From NCBI GenBank assembly GCA_963845565.1, contig CAWJSJ010000002.1, positions 2,208,001-2,272,000 on the forward strand: a stretch of DNA of 64,000 bases, written 5' to 3'. Numbering within the stretch: the stretch's first letter is position 1; each line of letters opens with the position of its first letter. Shown one piece after another: positions 1 to 9,600 of this stretch. Below the pieces are notes generated by a model, which saw only the letters and a list, made by a program, of their open reading frames with translations, did no database searches and was not told where the DNA came from. Origin of the DNA: an uncultured Methylomirabilota bacterium (GTDB lineage: Bacteria > Methylomirabilota > Methylomirabilia > Methylomirabilales > 2-02-FULL-66-22). The translations under genes and the position numbers were made by a program.

Positions 1-239
1 CCCCGGCTGGTGGGACACCAAGGCCAAGCAGCAGTACACGGCGGAGTTCACCGCCACAGACGGATTCGCCCAAGCGCATGGCGGCCCTGGAGAAGCTCCA
101 GACCCTGTTCTACCAGGACGTCCCCCTGCTGCGCACGGGGGACAACTTCACCTACGACATCTACAGCCCGAAGCTCCAAGGGGTCGCGCCCACGACCCTC
201 CTGAACTTCCCCTGCTTCTGGAACGTGTCGAAGAAGTAG
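1..239 (+). CDS. Peptide/nickel (family 5) ABC substrate-binding protein, 3' end only; apparent +1 frameshift near nt 58
   Basis: Frame 2 reads PGWWDTKAKQQYTAEF, frame 3 continues KRMAALEKLQTLFYQDVP...FWNVSKK* (TAG 237-239). This is a typical family-5 SBP C-terminus, directly upstream of dppBC-like permeases. Confidence 0.75.
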   Translation, partial: PAGGTPRPSSSTRRSSPPQTDSPKRMAALEKLQTLFYQDVPLLRTGDNFTYDIYSPKLQGVAPTTLLNFPCFWNVSKK

Positions 240-247
240 GCCATCTA

Positions 248-286
248 CCCCCCGCCGGGGCCGGTGTACCCCGGGCTCGGCGGGGG
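248..286 (+). terminator. GC-rich stem-loop after the SBP gene (mRNA stabiliser or attenuator)
   Basis: CCCCCGCCGGG...CTCGGCGGGGG inverted repeat without a U-tract. Confidence 0.4.
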
Positions 287-383
287 AGCGGACTGCGGAT
301 GCTGCCGTAGAGCGCCGGGCGACCTACTCCGCACTCCAGGGCGGAGAGGAACCGACGCGACTGAGCCTCGCAGGGATCTTCTC

Positions 384-1331
384 ATGCTCAATCACGTCGT
401 GAAGAGCCTCCTCAGCACGATCCCCACGTTCCTGCTGGCGTCGGTGCTGGTCTTCTCCCTCATGCACCTGATGCCGGGCGACCCGGCCGGGGTCATGCTG
501 GGCGACACCGCCACGCCGGAGCAGGTGCAGGCGCTGCGGAGCGCCATGGGTTTCGACAAGCCCATCTACGTGCAGTTCTACCGCTGGTTCGCGGGGATGC
601 TGCAGGGAGACTTCGGCAACTCGATCTTCTTCCACAAGCCGGTCCTGCAGGTGATCTGGGATCGGGCCGAGGTCAGCCTGTTCATCGCCTTCCGGTCGAT
701 GGCCCTGATCGTCGTCACCGGCATCCCCATCGGGGTGATCTCCGCCGTCTGGTACAACAGCCTCACCGACCAGACCTGCTCCGGGGCCTCCATGCTGGCC
801 GCGTCGATGCCGACCTTCTGGCTGGGACTGAACCTCATGCTGATCTTCTCCGTCGTGCTGGGCTGGCTCCCCAGCTCGGGCTTCCCGTCCGTCTTCGAGA
901 GCGGGAACCTCGGCAACCTGCGCTATCTCGTCCTCCCCTGCGTGACCCTGGCCGCGCCGAACTCCGCCCTGATCATTCGCCTGACCCGCGCCAGCATGCT
1001 GGACGTGCTCAAGGAGGGCTACGTGACGACGGCGCGGGCCAAGGGACTGTCCGAGGTGGTGGTGACGATGAAGCACGTCTTCCGCAACTCCCTGATCAGC
1101 GTCGTCTCCGTCGTCGGCTTCACCTTCGTCGGCTTGGCCTCCGGCACGGTGATCACGGAGACGGTCTTCTCCCTCCCGGGCATCGGCCGGCTGGTCGTCG
1201 AGTCCGTGCTGCGGCGGGATTATCCGGTGATCCAGGGAATCATCCTGCTCATCGCCGTCGCCTACATGCTGGTCAACCTGGCCATCGATTTCTGCTACAC
1301 GTTCCTGGACCCTCGGATCCGGATCAGCTGA
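384..1331 (+). CDS. Peptide ABC transporter permease (DppB/OppB family)
   Basis: PGDPA N-terminal motif, EAA loop (YVTTARAKGL), ETVFSLPGIG, C-terminal DPRI. Confidence 0.93.
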   Translation: MLNHVVKSLLSTIPTFLLASVLVFSLMHLMPGDPAGVMLGDTATPEQVQALRSAMGFDKPIYVQFYRWFAGMLQGDFGNSIFFHKPVLQVIWDRAEVSLFIAFRSMALIVVTGIPIGVISAVWYNSLTDQTCSGASMLAASMPTFWLGLNLMLIFSVVLGWLPSSGFPSVFESGNLGNLRYLVLPCVTLAAPNSALIIRLTRASMLDVLKEGYVTTARAKGLSEVVVTMKHVFRNSLISVVSVVGFTFVGLASGTVITETVFSLPGIGRLVVESVLRRDYPVIQGIILLIAVAYMLVNLAIDFCYTFLDPRIRIS

Positions 1332-1347
1332 GCGGGGACGCACGACG

Positions 1348-2197
1348 ATGCGGATCTTTCTGCTATCGCTGGTCAAGCGGAAGATCGCCCTGGCGGGGAC
1401 GATCATCCTCGCCGTCATCCTGGTGATGGCCCTCTTCTCGCCCCTGATCGCCACGCACGACCCCATGGGACTGAATCCCATCGAGCGACTGCAGGGCCCC
1501 AGCGCCACGCACTGGTTCGGGACGGACCACTTCGGCCGCGACATCTTCAGCCGCGTCGTCTACGGCGCGCGGCTGACCCTGGTCGGCGGGACGGGCGTCG
1601 TGCTCTACTCCATCCTCTTCGGCATCCTGATCGGCGTGCTGTCCGGGTACTACCGCCAATTCGGATTCGTGGCCATGCGGCTGGTGGACGTGGTCATGTC
1701 CTTTCCCGCCCTGCTGCTGGCCCTGGCCTTCATCGCCATTCTGGGCCCGGGCCTCCTCAACGTCATCATCGCCGTGGGTCTGAATTTCCTCACCCGCACG
1801 GCCCGCATCATCTTCGGCCTCACCCTGAAGCTCAAGGAGGAGGCCTTCGTCGAGGCCATCCGCTCCCTCGGGGCCAGCAACCTGCGCATCCTGGCGCGCC
1901 ACATCCTACCCAACCTGATGTCCCCCCTGATCGTGCAGGCCACCTTCACGTTCGCCTTCTCGCTGCTGCAGATGGCCTCGCTGGACTTTCTCGGGGTGGG
2001 CGTCCCTCCCCAGATCCCGAGCTGGGGGAACATGATCAGCGAGGGGCGCATCTACATCACCCGGGCGCCCGGCGTCCTGCTCGTTCCCGGGGATCTTCAT
2101 CGTCCTCACAGTTCTGGCCTTCAATCTGGTCGGGGACGTGCTGCGGGACAACCTGGACCCCCGGTTCCGCGATCAGTTCACCGGGGTAAGGCGGTAG
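1348..2197 (+). CDS. Peptide ABC transporter permease (DppC/OppC family), one-base frameshift near 2082
   Basis: [27 protein letters not shown]. The C-terminus [27 protein letters not shown] lies in the +1 frame and ends at TAG 2195-2197. Confidence 0.88.
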
Positions 2198-2278
2198 AGA
2201 TTGACCCCGACCCAAGGGAGCCGCTTCACCGCCAAGGCGCCACCGAACGACAGATCCGCCAGGGACGCCAGACAGCTT

Positions 2279-2386
2279 TGGCCACAAGATGCGCAAGAAG
2301 CACAAGTGTTCCCGACTCACGAACGCACACGGAATCGCGGACCTGGGTCCAGTTACCCCTTGTGCATTTTGTGCTTCTTGGGGCTA
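2279..2386. repeat. Long imperfect inverted repeat of 9-mer units (GCACAAGAA-like)
   Basis: TGGCCACAAGATGCGCAAGAAGCACAAG (2279-2306) pairs with CTTGTGCATTTTGTGCTTCTTGGGGCTA (2359-2386). Confidence 0.8.
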
Positions 2387-2445
2387 GACCCGGCCCCCCG
2401 CTGCGCTGGTATTCCTACCGCGGCGGCGTCGAATGGAGGTGCGAG

Positions 2446-4026
2446 ATGGCTTGGGACGTTCTCGTGAAGAACGGCAAGGTCGTGGATGGGACCGGAAGCC
2501 CCTGGTTCCGGGCGGACGTGGCCATCGCGAATGGCCGGATCGCCGAGATCCGACCGCATCTCGCAGGAGACGCCCGCGACGTCCTGGAGGCCGACGGGCT
2601 TTTCGTCTGCCCCGGCTTCATCGACACGCACACCCACTCGGACTTCGTGTTCTTCGTCGACCCAACCGCACAGAGCAAGGTCAGGCAAGGGGTCACCACC
2701 GAGGTCATCGGGAATTGCGGGATGAGCGGGGCCCCCTGTCCTGCCGGCGCCACGCAACGGGTCCTGCCGTCGACGCACGGGTTCGTCCCCTTCTGGGAAT
2801 CGGTGCCCGAGTTTCTCGATGCCCTCTCGCGGCAGCCGAAGACCGTGCACCTCGCCCCGCTGGTCGGGCACGGAACCCTTCGCGCGGCTGTCGTCGGCTT
2901 AGAGGATCGGCCTCCAACCGCCGATGAGCTGGCCACCATGGAGGCATGGCTTGCGGACGCGCTCGCCGCAGGGGCCGTCGGGTTGTCCACGGGGCTGTAT
3001 TTCGCCCCGGGGGCTTTCGCTTCCCATGCGGAGCTGGTGGCGCTCGCGGCCGTCGCCGGCCGCTCCGGCGCCCTGCTGACCAGCCACATTCGCGACGAGG
3101 GGAGCCGGTCGATCGGGTTCCTCCCGGCCGTCAAAGAGATCATTCGAATCGGCCGGGACGCCCAGGCGCCCGTCCACATCTCGCACATCAAGTCGTTCGG
3201 GCCGGACACCTGGCACACCTCGGCCGAGGTGCTCGAGGTCATCGACACGGCTCGGCGCGCAGGTGTCGACGTCACCTGCGACCAGTATCCCTACGATACG
3301 ACGGGCGGCGGGCTTGCTGCGGATACCCTGCCCTATTCCTTCCAGAGCGGAAAGAGCCCCGGGCAAGTGTCGGAGGCGCTCCGGCAACCCGCCGCCCGGG
3401 CTGCCATACGCGATGCCGTCGCCGCCAACATCCAGAAGCGAGGGGGGCCGAGCGTCCTCACCATCGCCACCTATCCGGCCGCTCCGGAATTGGAGGGCCA
3501 CACCCTGCAGGAGATCTGCGACCGGCGGGGGCAGGAGCCGGCGGATGTCGTGATGGACATGCTCAACGCAAGCTACGAGGCCAAATGGAACTGCCGGTCG
3601 CTCTGCCAGGAGGACGTGGATCGGTTCATCCGCTACCCGGCAACAATGATCGGCAGCGACGGCTCGTCCCTCTCCACCGATGGCCCCCTGGCCAAAGGGA
3701 ACCCCCACCCGCGCAACTTCGGGGCCTTTCCGCGGGTGCTGAACGAGTACGTGCGCCAGCGCGGTGTCCTGCGCTTGGAGGAGGCGATCCGCAAGATGAC
3801 CTCCCTGGCGGCTCGGCGCTTCGGCTTGACTGATCGCGGCACGCTCGAGACGGGCAAGTGCGCGGATCTCGTCGTGCTCGATCCCGAGGCCGTCCGGGAC
3901 GCCACCTTTGCCCAGCCGAAGCAGTACCCGACCGGCATCCCCCACGTCATGGTCGGCGGCGCGTGGGTCATCAGAGACGGAACCTTCACCGGAATGCTGC
4001 CTGGCCTGCTCGCACGGAAACCCTAG
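2446..4026 (+). CDS. N-acyl-D-amino-acid deacylase (amidohydrolase superfamily)
   Basis: GGAGG RBS then MAWDVLVKNGKVVDGTG; motifs GFIDTHTHSD, GNCG, HIRDE, HISHIK, IGSDG, HPRNFGAFPR. Confidence 0.92.
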   Translation: MAWDVLVKNGKVVDGTGSPWFRADVAIANGRIAEIRPHLAGDARDVLEADGLFVCPGFIDTHTHSDFVFFVDPTAQSKVRQGVTTEVIGNCGMSGAPCPAGATQRVLPSTHGFVPFWESVPEFLDALSRQPKTVHLAPLVGHGTLRAAVVGLEDRPPTADELATMEAWLADALAAGAVGLSTGLYFAPGAFASHAELVALAAVAGRSGALLTSHIRDEGSRSIGFLPAVKEIIRIGRDAQAPVHISHIKSFGPDTWHTSAEVLEVIDTARRAGVDVTCDQYPYDTTGGGLAADTLPYSFQSGKSPGQVSEALRQPAARAAIRDAVAANIQKRGGPSVLTIATYPAAPELEGHTLQEICDRRGQEPADVVMDMLNASYEAKWNCRSLCQEDVDRFIRYPATMIGSDGSSLSTDGPLAKGNPHPRNFGAFPRVLNEYVRQRGVLRLEEAIRKMTSLAARRFGLTDRGTLETGKCADLVVLDPEAVRDATFAQPKQYPTGIPHVMVGGAWVIRDGTFTGMLPGLLARKP

Positions 4027-4273
4027 TCCGGGCGATTCACGAACAGGCCGTGAATCTTCCGGGCTTGGCCTTGAGCCGACCCACGGTGGCGAGTCGCAGG
4101 GGGTCGGCCCCTGCCGATGATTTCCGCTTGACGCCTCGGTCGAATTCGGGGTATCCACGACCCCGGCTCGACCGACATGGGGTGTTTCGGCCCGCCCGCC
4201 GGTCTCGTCTCGAGCGTCGGGAAGAGGCTCTCCGGTTCGGACGCGACGCGACCCATCTGCCTGGAGGCACGCC

Positions 4274-5742
4274 ATGCGAATCTTCTCCGCGACCATCGCC
4301 ACGGAAAGCAACACGTTCTCGCCCATGCCGACGAGCCTCGCCGGCTATCGGGAAAGCGTCTTCCTGCGCCCCGGCGAGCACCCGGACGACGCGCCGCGGA
4401 TGTGCACCGCGCCGCTCTGGGTGGCACGCCGGCGCGCCCGGACCGAGGGCTTCACGCTGATCGAGGGCAGCTGCTTCGCCGCCAGCCCGGCCGGCACGAC
4501 GGGCGCAAGGACTACGAGTTCATGCGCGACGAGATCCTGGCCCAGGTGCGGCAGGCCATGCCCCTGGACGGCGTGCTGCTCGGCCTGCACGGGGCGATGG
4601 TCGCCGACGGGTACGACGACGTCGAGGGCGACATCATCGAGCGGGTGCGCGCCATCGTCGGCCCCGTCTGCGTCATCGGCGTCGAGCTCGACCTGCACTG
4701 CCACCTCACGGTGAAGCGGGTGAGGCTCTCGGACATCATCGTCCTCTACAAGGAGTTCCCGCACACCGACGTGGTCGAGCGGGCCGAGGACCTGCTCGAC
4801 CTCGTGCTCCGGACCATCCGCGGCCAGGTCAAGCCGGTGATGTCGCTCTACGACTGCCGGCAGATCGGTAGCTACCCGACGACGCTGCCGCTGATGCGCG
4901 CCTTCGTCGACAAGCTGCAGGCGATGGAGGGCAAGGACGGCGTCCTCTCGATCTCCGTCGACCACTGCTTCCCCTACGCCGACGTGCCGGAGCTCGGCGG
5001 GCGCATCCTGGTCGTCATGGACCGGGACAAGGCCAGGGGGGACGCGCTGGCGACGGAGATCGGCGAGGAGTTCATGTCCATGCGCGGCAAGACCCTGCCC
5101 CGCTTCTACGACGTCGACGAGGGGATCCAGGCGGCGCTGGCCGCCGAGGGGATGCCGGTGGTCATGGCCGACCCGGCCGACAACGCCGGCGGCGGCGCGC
5201 CCTCCGACAACACGACCATCCTGCGCCGCCTGATCGAGCGGCAGGTGGATCACGCCGCCCTCGGCCCGATCTGGGACCCGATCGCGGTGCGGCTCTGCTT
5301 CGACGCCGGCGCGGGGGGCGAGTTTGCCCTGCGCTTCGGCGGCAAGATCGGCCCCACCTCCGGCCAGCCGGTCGACGCCCGCGTCACCGTGATCGGGCTT
5401 GCGCGGGACGGCTGGCAGAGCTTCGGACCGACCCAGGTGCCGCTGGGCGACTGCGCTGCCGTCCGCGTCGGCGGGGTCGAGGTCGTGCTGATCTCGAACC
5501 GCACGCAGGCGCTGGGCCTCGAGCTGTTCCGCAACGTCGGCATCGAGCCCCTCGCCAAGAAGCTGGTGGTCGTCAAGTCGACCAACCACTTCATGGCCAA
5601 CTTCGGGCCGATCGCCAAGCAGGTGATCTACGTCGAATCGGACGGGCCGCTGTGCCGCGACTACCGCAAGATCCCCTACACGCGGGTCCAGCGGCCGATC
5701 TGGCCGCTGGACCAGGAGACGACCCCCGGGCTCCTGCTCTGA
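4274..5742 (+). CDS. M81 (MlrC-like) metallopeptidase, one-base frameshift near 4503
   Basis: N-terminus MRIFSATIATESNTFSP in one frame; LHGAM, DLHCH, YKEFPHTD, DNAGGG and VVKSTNHF in the other frame. Confidence 0.88.
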
Positions 5743-5762
5743 GCCCGAAGAGAGGCGGTTCT

Positions 5763-5951
5763 ATGGAAGACGCGCTGAGATTCCCGACGGGCACGATCCC
5801 TCAGCGATCTCCAAAGGGAGTTCCATCCGACATCATCGAGGCGTGGCGAGCGGAGTGGCTGCTTGAATTGCAGCGCCAGGGCGTTCTGACGAGGACCCTC
5901 GACGACCCGAACCGGGTACCGCGAGAACCTAGATTTCGACTGCTCGACTAG
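5763..5951 (+). CDS. Small hypothetical protein (62 aa)
   Basis: AGAGAGG upstream of ATG; MEDALRFPTG...RFRLLD; no recognisable motif. Confidence 0.35.
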   Translation: MEDALRFPTGTIPQRSPKGVPSDIIEAWRAEWLLELQRQGVLTRTLDDPNRVPREPRFRLLD

Positions 5952-6173
5952 TCGCCCACCCTGACGCCTTTCTGGTCGCGTTCGACAAATGGGAAATGGT
6001 CCGGCATCTGGCGCCTCCGGTCCGCGTCGTCAGTCGCGCGCAGCGGAGCCCCCTTGCCTTGCCGCTTGTGTCTTTCGCGGACCTGCGTTAGTCTCCGGCT
6101 GCTCCGGACAAGGACCCAGCGCCTATGGTCCTGCTGCTCGCCGCGAGTTATCTTCCAACAAAGGGAGGATCCC

Positions 6174-6566
6174 ATGGCAAAGATCGAACCCTATTGCGCG
6201 AAGGACGTGTTCAATCCGCCGGCGTATTCCCAGGCCGTGAAGGTCACCGGAGCCCAGACGATCCTGTTTCTCTCGGGGCAGGTGGCCTACGACGACAAGG
6301 GCGGCCCGGCGTGCCGCGGAGATATCGTGGGCCAAGCCCGGGAGGTCTTCCGGGCGATCAAGGCACAGGTGGAGGCGGGCGGGGGAACGCTGGCGAACGT
6401 GGTGAAGCTGAATACCTACCTGACCGACATTCGGCATCGCGCCGAGATCGTTCCGGTCCGGGAGGAGTTCTTCGGCAAGAAGCTGCCGGCTTCGACGCTC
6501 GTCGGCGTGGCGGCGCTGGCGCACCCGGACTGGTTGATCGAGGTGGAAGCCATCGCGGTGCTGTAG
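6174..6566 (+). CDS. RidA/YjgF family enamine/imine deaminase
   Basis: GGGAGG RBS; YSQAV, FLSGQV, PASTLVGVAAL, IEVEAIA. Confidence 0.92.
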   Translation: MAKIEPYCAKDVFNPPAYSQAVKVTGAQTILFLSGQVAYDDKGGPACRGDIVGQAREVFRAIKAQVEAGGGTLANVVKLNTYLTDIRHRAEIVPVREEFFGKKLPASTLVGVAALAHPDWLIEVEAIAVL

Positions 6567-6580
6567 CCCCGGGACCGGGC

Positions 6581-6710
6581 GGCAATTCGGCAGTTGGGCG
6601 ATTTGGCGACTGGGCCACTCGGTCATTGGGCAACCTGGCGATTTGGCAATGGGGCGCCGACTCTCGTTCTGCTTTTCCAGATTGCCTAATCGCCGAGTCG
6701 CCAAATTGCC
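6581..6710. repeat. Octamer tandem-repeat hairpin (GGCRAYTN x9 / NNRTYGCC x4)
   Basis: ggcaattc ggcagttg ggcgattt ggcgactg ... then agattgcc taatcgcc gagtcgcc aaattgcc. Confidence 0.9.
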
Positions 6711-6747
6711 CTTCTCGGCGACACCGCGGTTGAGGCGAGGGTGATTC

Positions 6748-7353
6748 GTGCCGACACTTCATCTGGGGTTCCTCGCCTCTCATGGTGGGAGCAACATGCA
6801 GGCGATCATCGACGCCTGTGCGGCGGGGCGACTGGATGCCGTGCCGTGCGTCGTGATCAGCAACAACTCGGAGGCCGGCGCGCTCGCTCGCGCTCGGAAG
6901 GCGGGCATTCCGCGCTACCACATCAGCGGCAAGACGCACCCGGGCGAGGCGGAGGACCAGGCGATCCTTCGAACGCTTCGCGCGCACGACGTGGATACGG
7001 TCATCCTGGCTGGGTACATGAAGCGGCTCGGCCCGCTGACGCTGCAGGCGTACCGGGGTCGGATCCTCAACATCCATCCCGCGCTGCTCCCAACGTTCGG
7101 CGGTCAGGGGATGTACGGGAAACGGGTGCACGAGGCGGTGCTTCGGGCGGGCGAGCCCGTCACCGGGGTCACCGTCCACGTGGTGGACGAGCTGTACGAT
7201 CACGGCCGCATCCTTGCGCAGTGCGAGGTGCCGGTGCTGGCGGGTGACACTGTTGAGTCCCTAGCCGAGCGGGTTCTGCGGAAGGAGCATCAACTGTACT
7301 CCGATACCCTGCGGCGGATTGCCGCGGGAGAGATCGAATTAGAAGGCTGCTGA
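6748..7353 (+). CDS. purN: Phosphoribosylglycinamide formyltransferase
   Basis: ASHGGSNMQAI, LAGYM, LNIHPALLP, GVTVHVVDE. Confidence 0.95.
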   Translation: MPTLHLGFLASHGGSNMQAIIDACAAGRLDAVPCVVISNNSEAGALARARKAGIPRYHISGKTHPGEAEDQAILRTLRAHDVDTVILAGYMKRLGPLTLQAYRGRILNIHPALLPTFGGQGMYGKRVHEAVLRAGEPVTGVTVHVVDELYDHGRILAQCEVPVLAGDTVESLAERVLRKEHQLYSDTLRRIAAGEIELEGC

Positions 7354-7505
7354 AAAAGGCCCATCTGCGGGGACCCATCCTTCGGACGGGTGCCCCTCCC
7401 GCTTGGGCGCTCGTTGCGGCGTACGGGAAGTACGCCTTGACCCACCTACGGTGGGTACCCCGCCCTTCGCGCGCCGCCTTGCATCTGGACCTTTTTGAGC
7501 AGCCT
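7344..7505. mobile_element. MITE/REP-like palindromic element, family 1, copy A (supplies the purN stop codon)
   Basis: Terminal inverted repeats AGGCTGCTGAAAAAGG / CCTTTTTGAGCAGCCT; ends shared with the copy at 33235-33356. Confidence 0.8.
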
Positions 7506-7583
7506 GGGGAAGAACGAGATAAACGAAACGGATATCATTCACTCTGATCCCGATGTCTATTGTCCCTACAGAGAGGAGCGACC

Positions 7584-9524
7584 ATGAAACTGGACACCAC
7601 ATCCCCGGCCTGCAATCCTGGAGTTCTGGACACGATGACCTGGGACGAGCCGCGCGCCGCCCGCCTGGGCGGGCAAGCGATCCGGGACGGCCGGTTCGCC
7701 CACCTGGCCGCCGCCGCGGCCACCGGGTATCCGGACAGCTCCCAGGCGTTGGATCGGCTGGTGCGCGGGGCATCCAGGCCGCCGCTGACCTTGGTGCCGG
7801 CTTCGGCCTGCGCACATCCACGGTACGGACTCTTTCTGATCGGTGTCCTGGCGGACGGTCAGCGCGTCTTCGTGGTGGTGACGGGGGCCGCCGGTGCGCC
7901 GCCCCGCGGGTTCGGCAAGCCGCTGGCGACGGTCGGGCACGATGTGGCCGGCCGCTGTGGCACGGTGTGTCTTTATCCGGTGGACCTCCTGCGCCTGCGC
8001 GCCTTCCTGCACGACATCGCTCCGGCGTATGCGCCGTCGGTGCCGGATCGGCCGGGCCTCGGCATCGGGTGCCGGATGGGTGTCCTGGATGTGCCGGTGG
8101 CCCTGAAGGCGGTGAAGCAATACGGCCTGTGCGCGTCCGTCATCCAGAGCTCGGTGTATCGCGAGTTGGCGCCGCTGACGGATCTCATGAAGCTGCCCCT
8201 GCCCCAGATCGATCTACCGGGGGTGGGGCTGGTGCCTCTCGGTCACACGGGTATGTCGATCACCGGCCAGTTCGTGGCCATGACGCTCGCGCGCATCATG
8301 CTCGGCGACCCGACGCCTATCGCGGTGGATGCGGACCATCTGCCGCTCCGGGCCGCCTCGGGGGCGGGCCAGAAGCTGGCGCGCCGGCTCATCCGGGAGG
8401 CGGCGGACCGAAGCCTCTTCACCCTGGATCCCCACTTCTGCTTCTACGGCGGCGATCCGACGTTGATGGCCGCCATCGGGGAGGGGCGGGTTGCGGACGT
8501 GGATGCGGCGTTTCGCGCGCGGTTCTCCGCCGGTGCGCGAAAGGACTTGGCGGCGCGGTACGTGGGGAAGCGGTTCCGGATTCCGGATCCGGCGGGCCGG
8601 AAGGACCACGCCATCGTCATGAGCGCCTCGGAGCTGGCCGACTGCGCCTTGCGCTTCCAGGAGCCGCTGGACGCCATCGAGGATGCTTGTGTGGAGATCC
8701 GGCGCGTCAAGGGCGGGACACCGTTTGCCATCGAGGTGTCGGTGGACGAGGTCCCCGGGATGAGCGAGCCGCATCACTTCTACTACTTGTGTGCGGAACT
8801 TGCGCGCCGGAACATCCGGGCGTTCTCGCTGGCGCCCGGCCTCGGCTTCAGCAAGCTGGACGTGGATGTGAAAGATCCCGAGGGGGCGTTTGCGACGCGG
8901 GTCCGCATCCTGGCGGGGATCAGCAAACACTTCGGTGCCGTGATGGGTATCCATTCTGGTGACGGCAAGAGCGTTCCGACGCGGCGCATTCTCGCCAAGG
9001 CCACCGGGGGGAACTTCTGGTACAAGATTTCGCCCGATCGCCAACGGAACTTTTTCCGATCGCTCGGCCTTTCTGAGCCGGGTTCGGAAGGTCGGCAACT
9101 CTTTCAGGAGGTCTATCGAAGTGCGCTGGCCCGCGTGATCGGCTTGGCGGCGAGCGGTTCCCATGAGACCGCGCGGGTGGCACGGCAGACACTGTCGGTT
9201 GTGGCGACGGGGCGAGGGATCTCTCGAGGAGCGGCGCGCGAGATCACAGGACTTCTTCAGGCGTCGCGAGTTCCACGCACGGCTGCCTGGCAGGCCCTGG
9301 CGAAACGGACAGCCGCAGCCTCGGCTCGACAGGTGCCTGGGGATCCCGAGGATCACATTGTGCACGACTACGCCTTCGCGACGGTGAGCGAGCGGGATGC
9401 GCGCGGTCGTTTCCGACTCCGCGGGCGCTTCTTCGCGCTGTCCGACGAGGCGCTGGCGATCTATCACCGATTGGATGCGGCGTATCTGACGGGTCTGACG
9501 AAATCATTGGGGCTCGGACGATAG
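7584..9524 (+). CDS. Divergent tagaturonate/fructuronate epimerase (UxaE)-family protein
   Basis: AGGAG RBS; LGIGCRMG, QSSVYREL, DADHL, IEVSVDE, SLAP and IHSG occur in the same order as the UxaE motifs. Confidence 0.7.
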   Translation: MKLDTTSPACNPGVLDTMTWDEPRAARLGGQAIRDGRFAHLAAAAATGYPDSSQALDRLVRGASRPPLTLVPASACAHPRYGLFLIGVLADGQRVFVVVTGAAGAPPRGFGKPLATVGHDVAGRCGTVCLYPVDLLRLRAFLHDIAPAYAPSVPDRPGLGIGCRMGVLDVPVALKAVKQYGLCASVIQSSVYRELAPLTDLMKLPLPQIDLPGVGLVPLGHTGMSITGQFVAMTLARIMLGDPTPIAVDADHLPLRAASGAGQKLARRLIREAADRSLFTLDPHFCFYGGDPTLMAAIGEGRVADVDAAFRARFSAGARKDLAARYVGKRFRIPDPAGRKDHAIVMSASELADCALRFQEPLDAIEDACVEIRRVKGGTPFAIEVSVDEVPGMSEPHHFYYLCAELARRNIRAFSLAPGLGFSKLDVDVKDPEGAFATRVRILAGISKHFGAVMGIHSGDGKSVPTRRILAKATGGNFWYKISPDRQRNFFRSLGLSEPGSEGRQLFQEVYRSALARVIGLAASGSHETARVARQTLSVVATGRGISRGAAREITGLLQASRVPRTAAWQALAKRTAAASARQVPGDPEDHIVHDYAFATVSERDARGRFRLRGRFFALSDEALAIYHRLDAAYLTGLTKSLGLGR

Positions 9525-9530
9525 GGGGTG

Positions 9531-9570
9531 GAGAGCCACGAGCCACGAGCTGAGAGCTGAAAGCTGAAAG
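9531..9570 (+). repeat. Heptamer tandem repeat (RMGAGCY), direct arm only
   Basis: gagagcc acgagcc acgagct gagagct gaaagct gaaag. Confidence 0.8.
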
Positions 9571-9600
9571 GTGGATCGAATAGTTGCGCGTGGAGGCGCC

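Noticed and set aside
1348..4026. 892-aa ABC permease-amidohydrolase fusion
   Set aside because: Artefact of a one-base frameshift at ~2082. The real permease C-terminus is in another frame and the deacylase has its own RBS and ATG at 2446.
4490..4515. Programmed ribosomal frameshift in mlrC
   Set aside because: No slippery sequence, and it is one of three neighbouring indels, so error is more likely.
6581..6710. CRISPR array
   Set aside because: Units are 8 nt, contiguous and without unique spacers; no cas genes in the window.
7344..7400. purN ending Gly-Cys-TGA followed by a hairpin (possible selenocysteine/SECIS)
   Set aside because: The TGA and hairpin belong to the repeat element also present after metK, and PurN is already complete.
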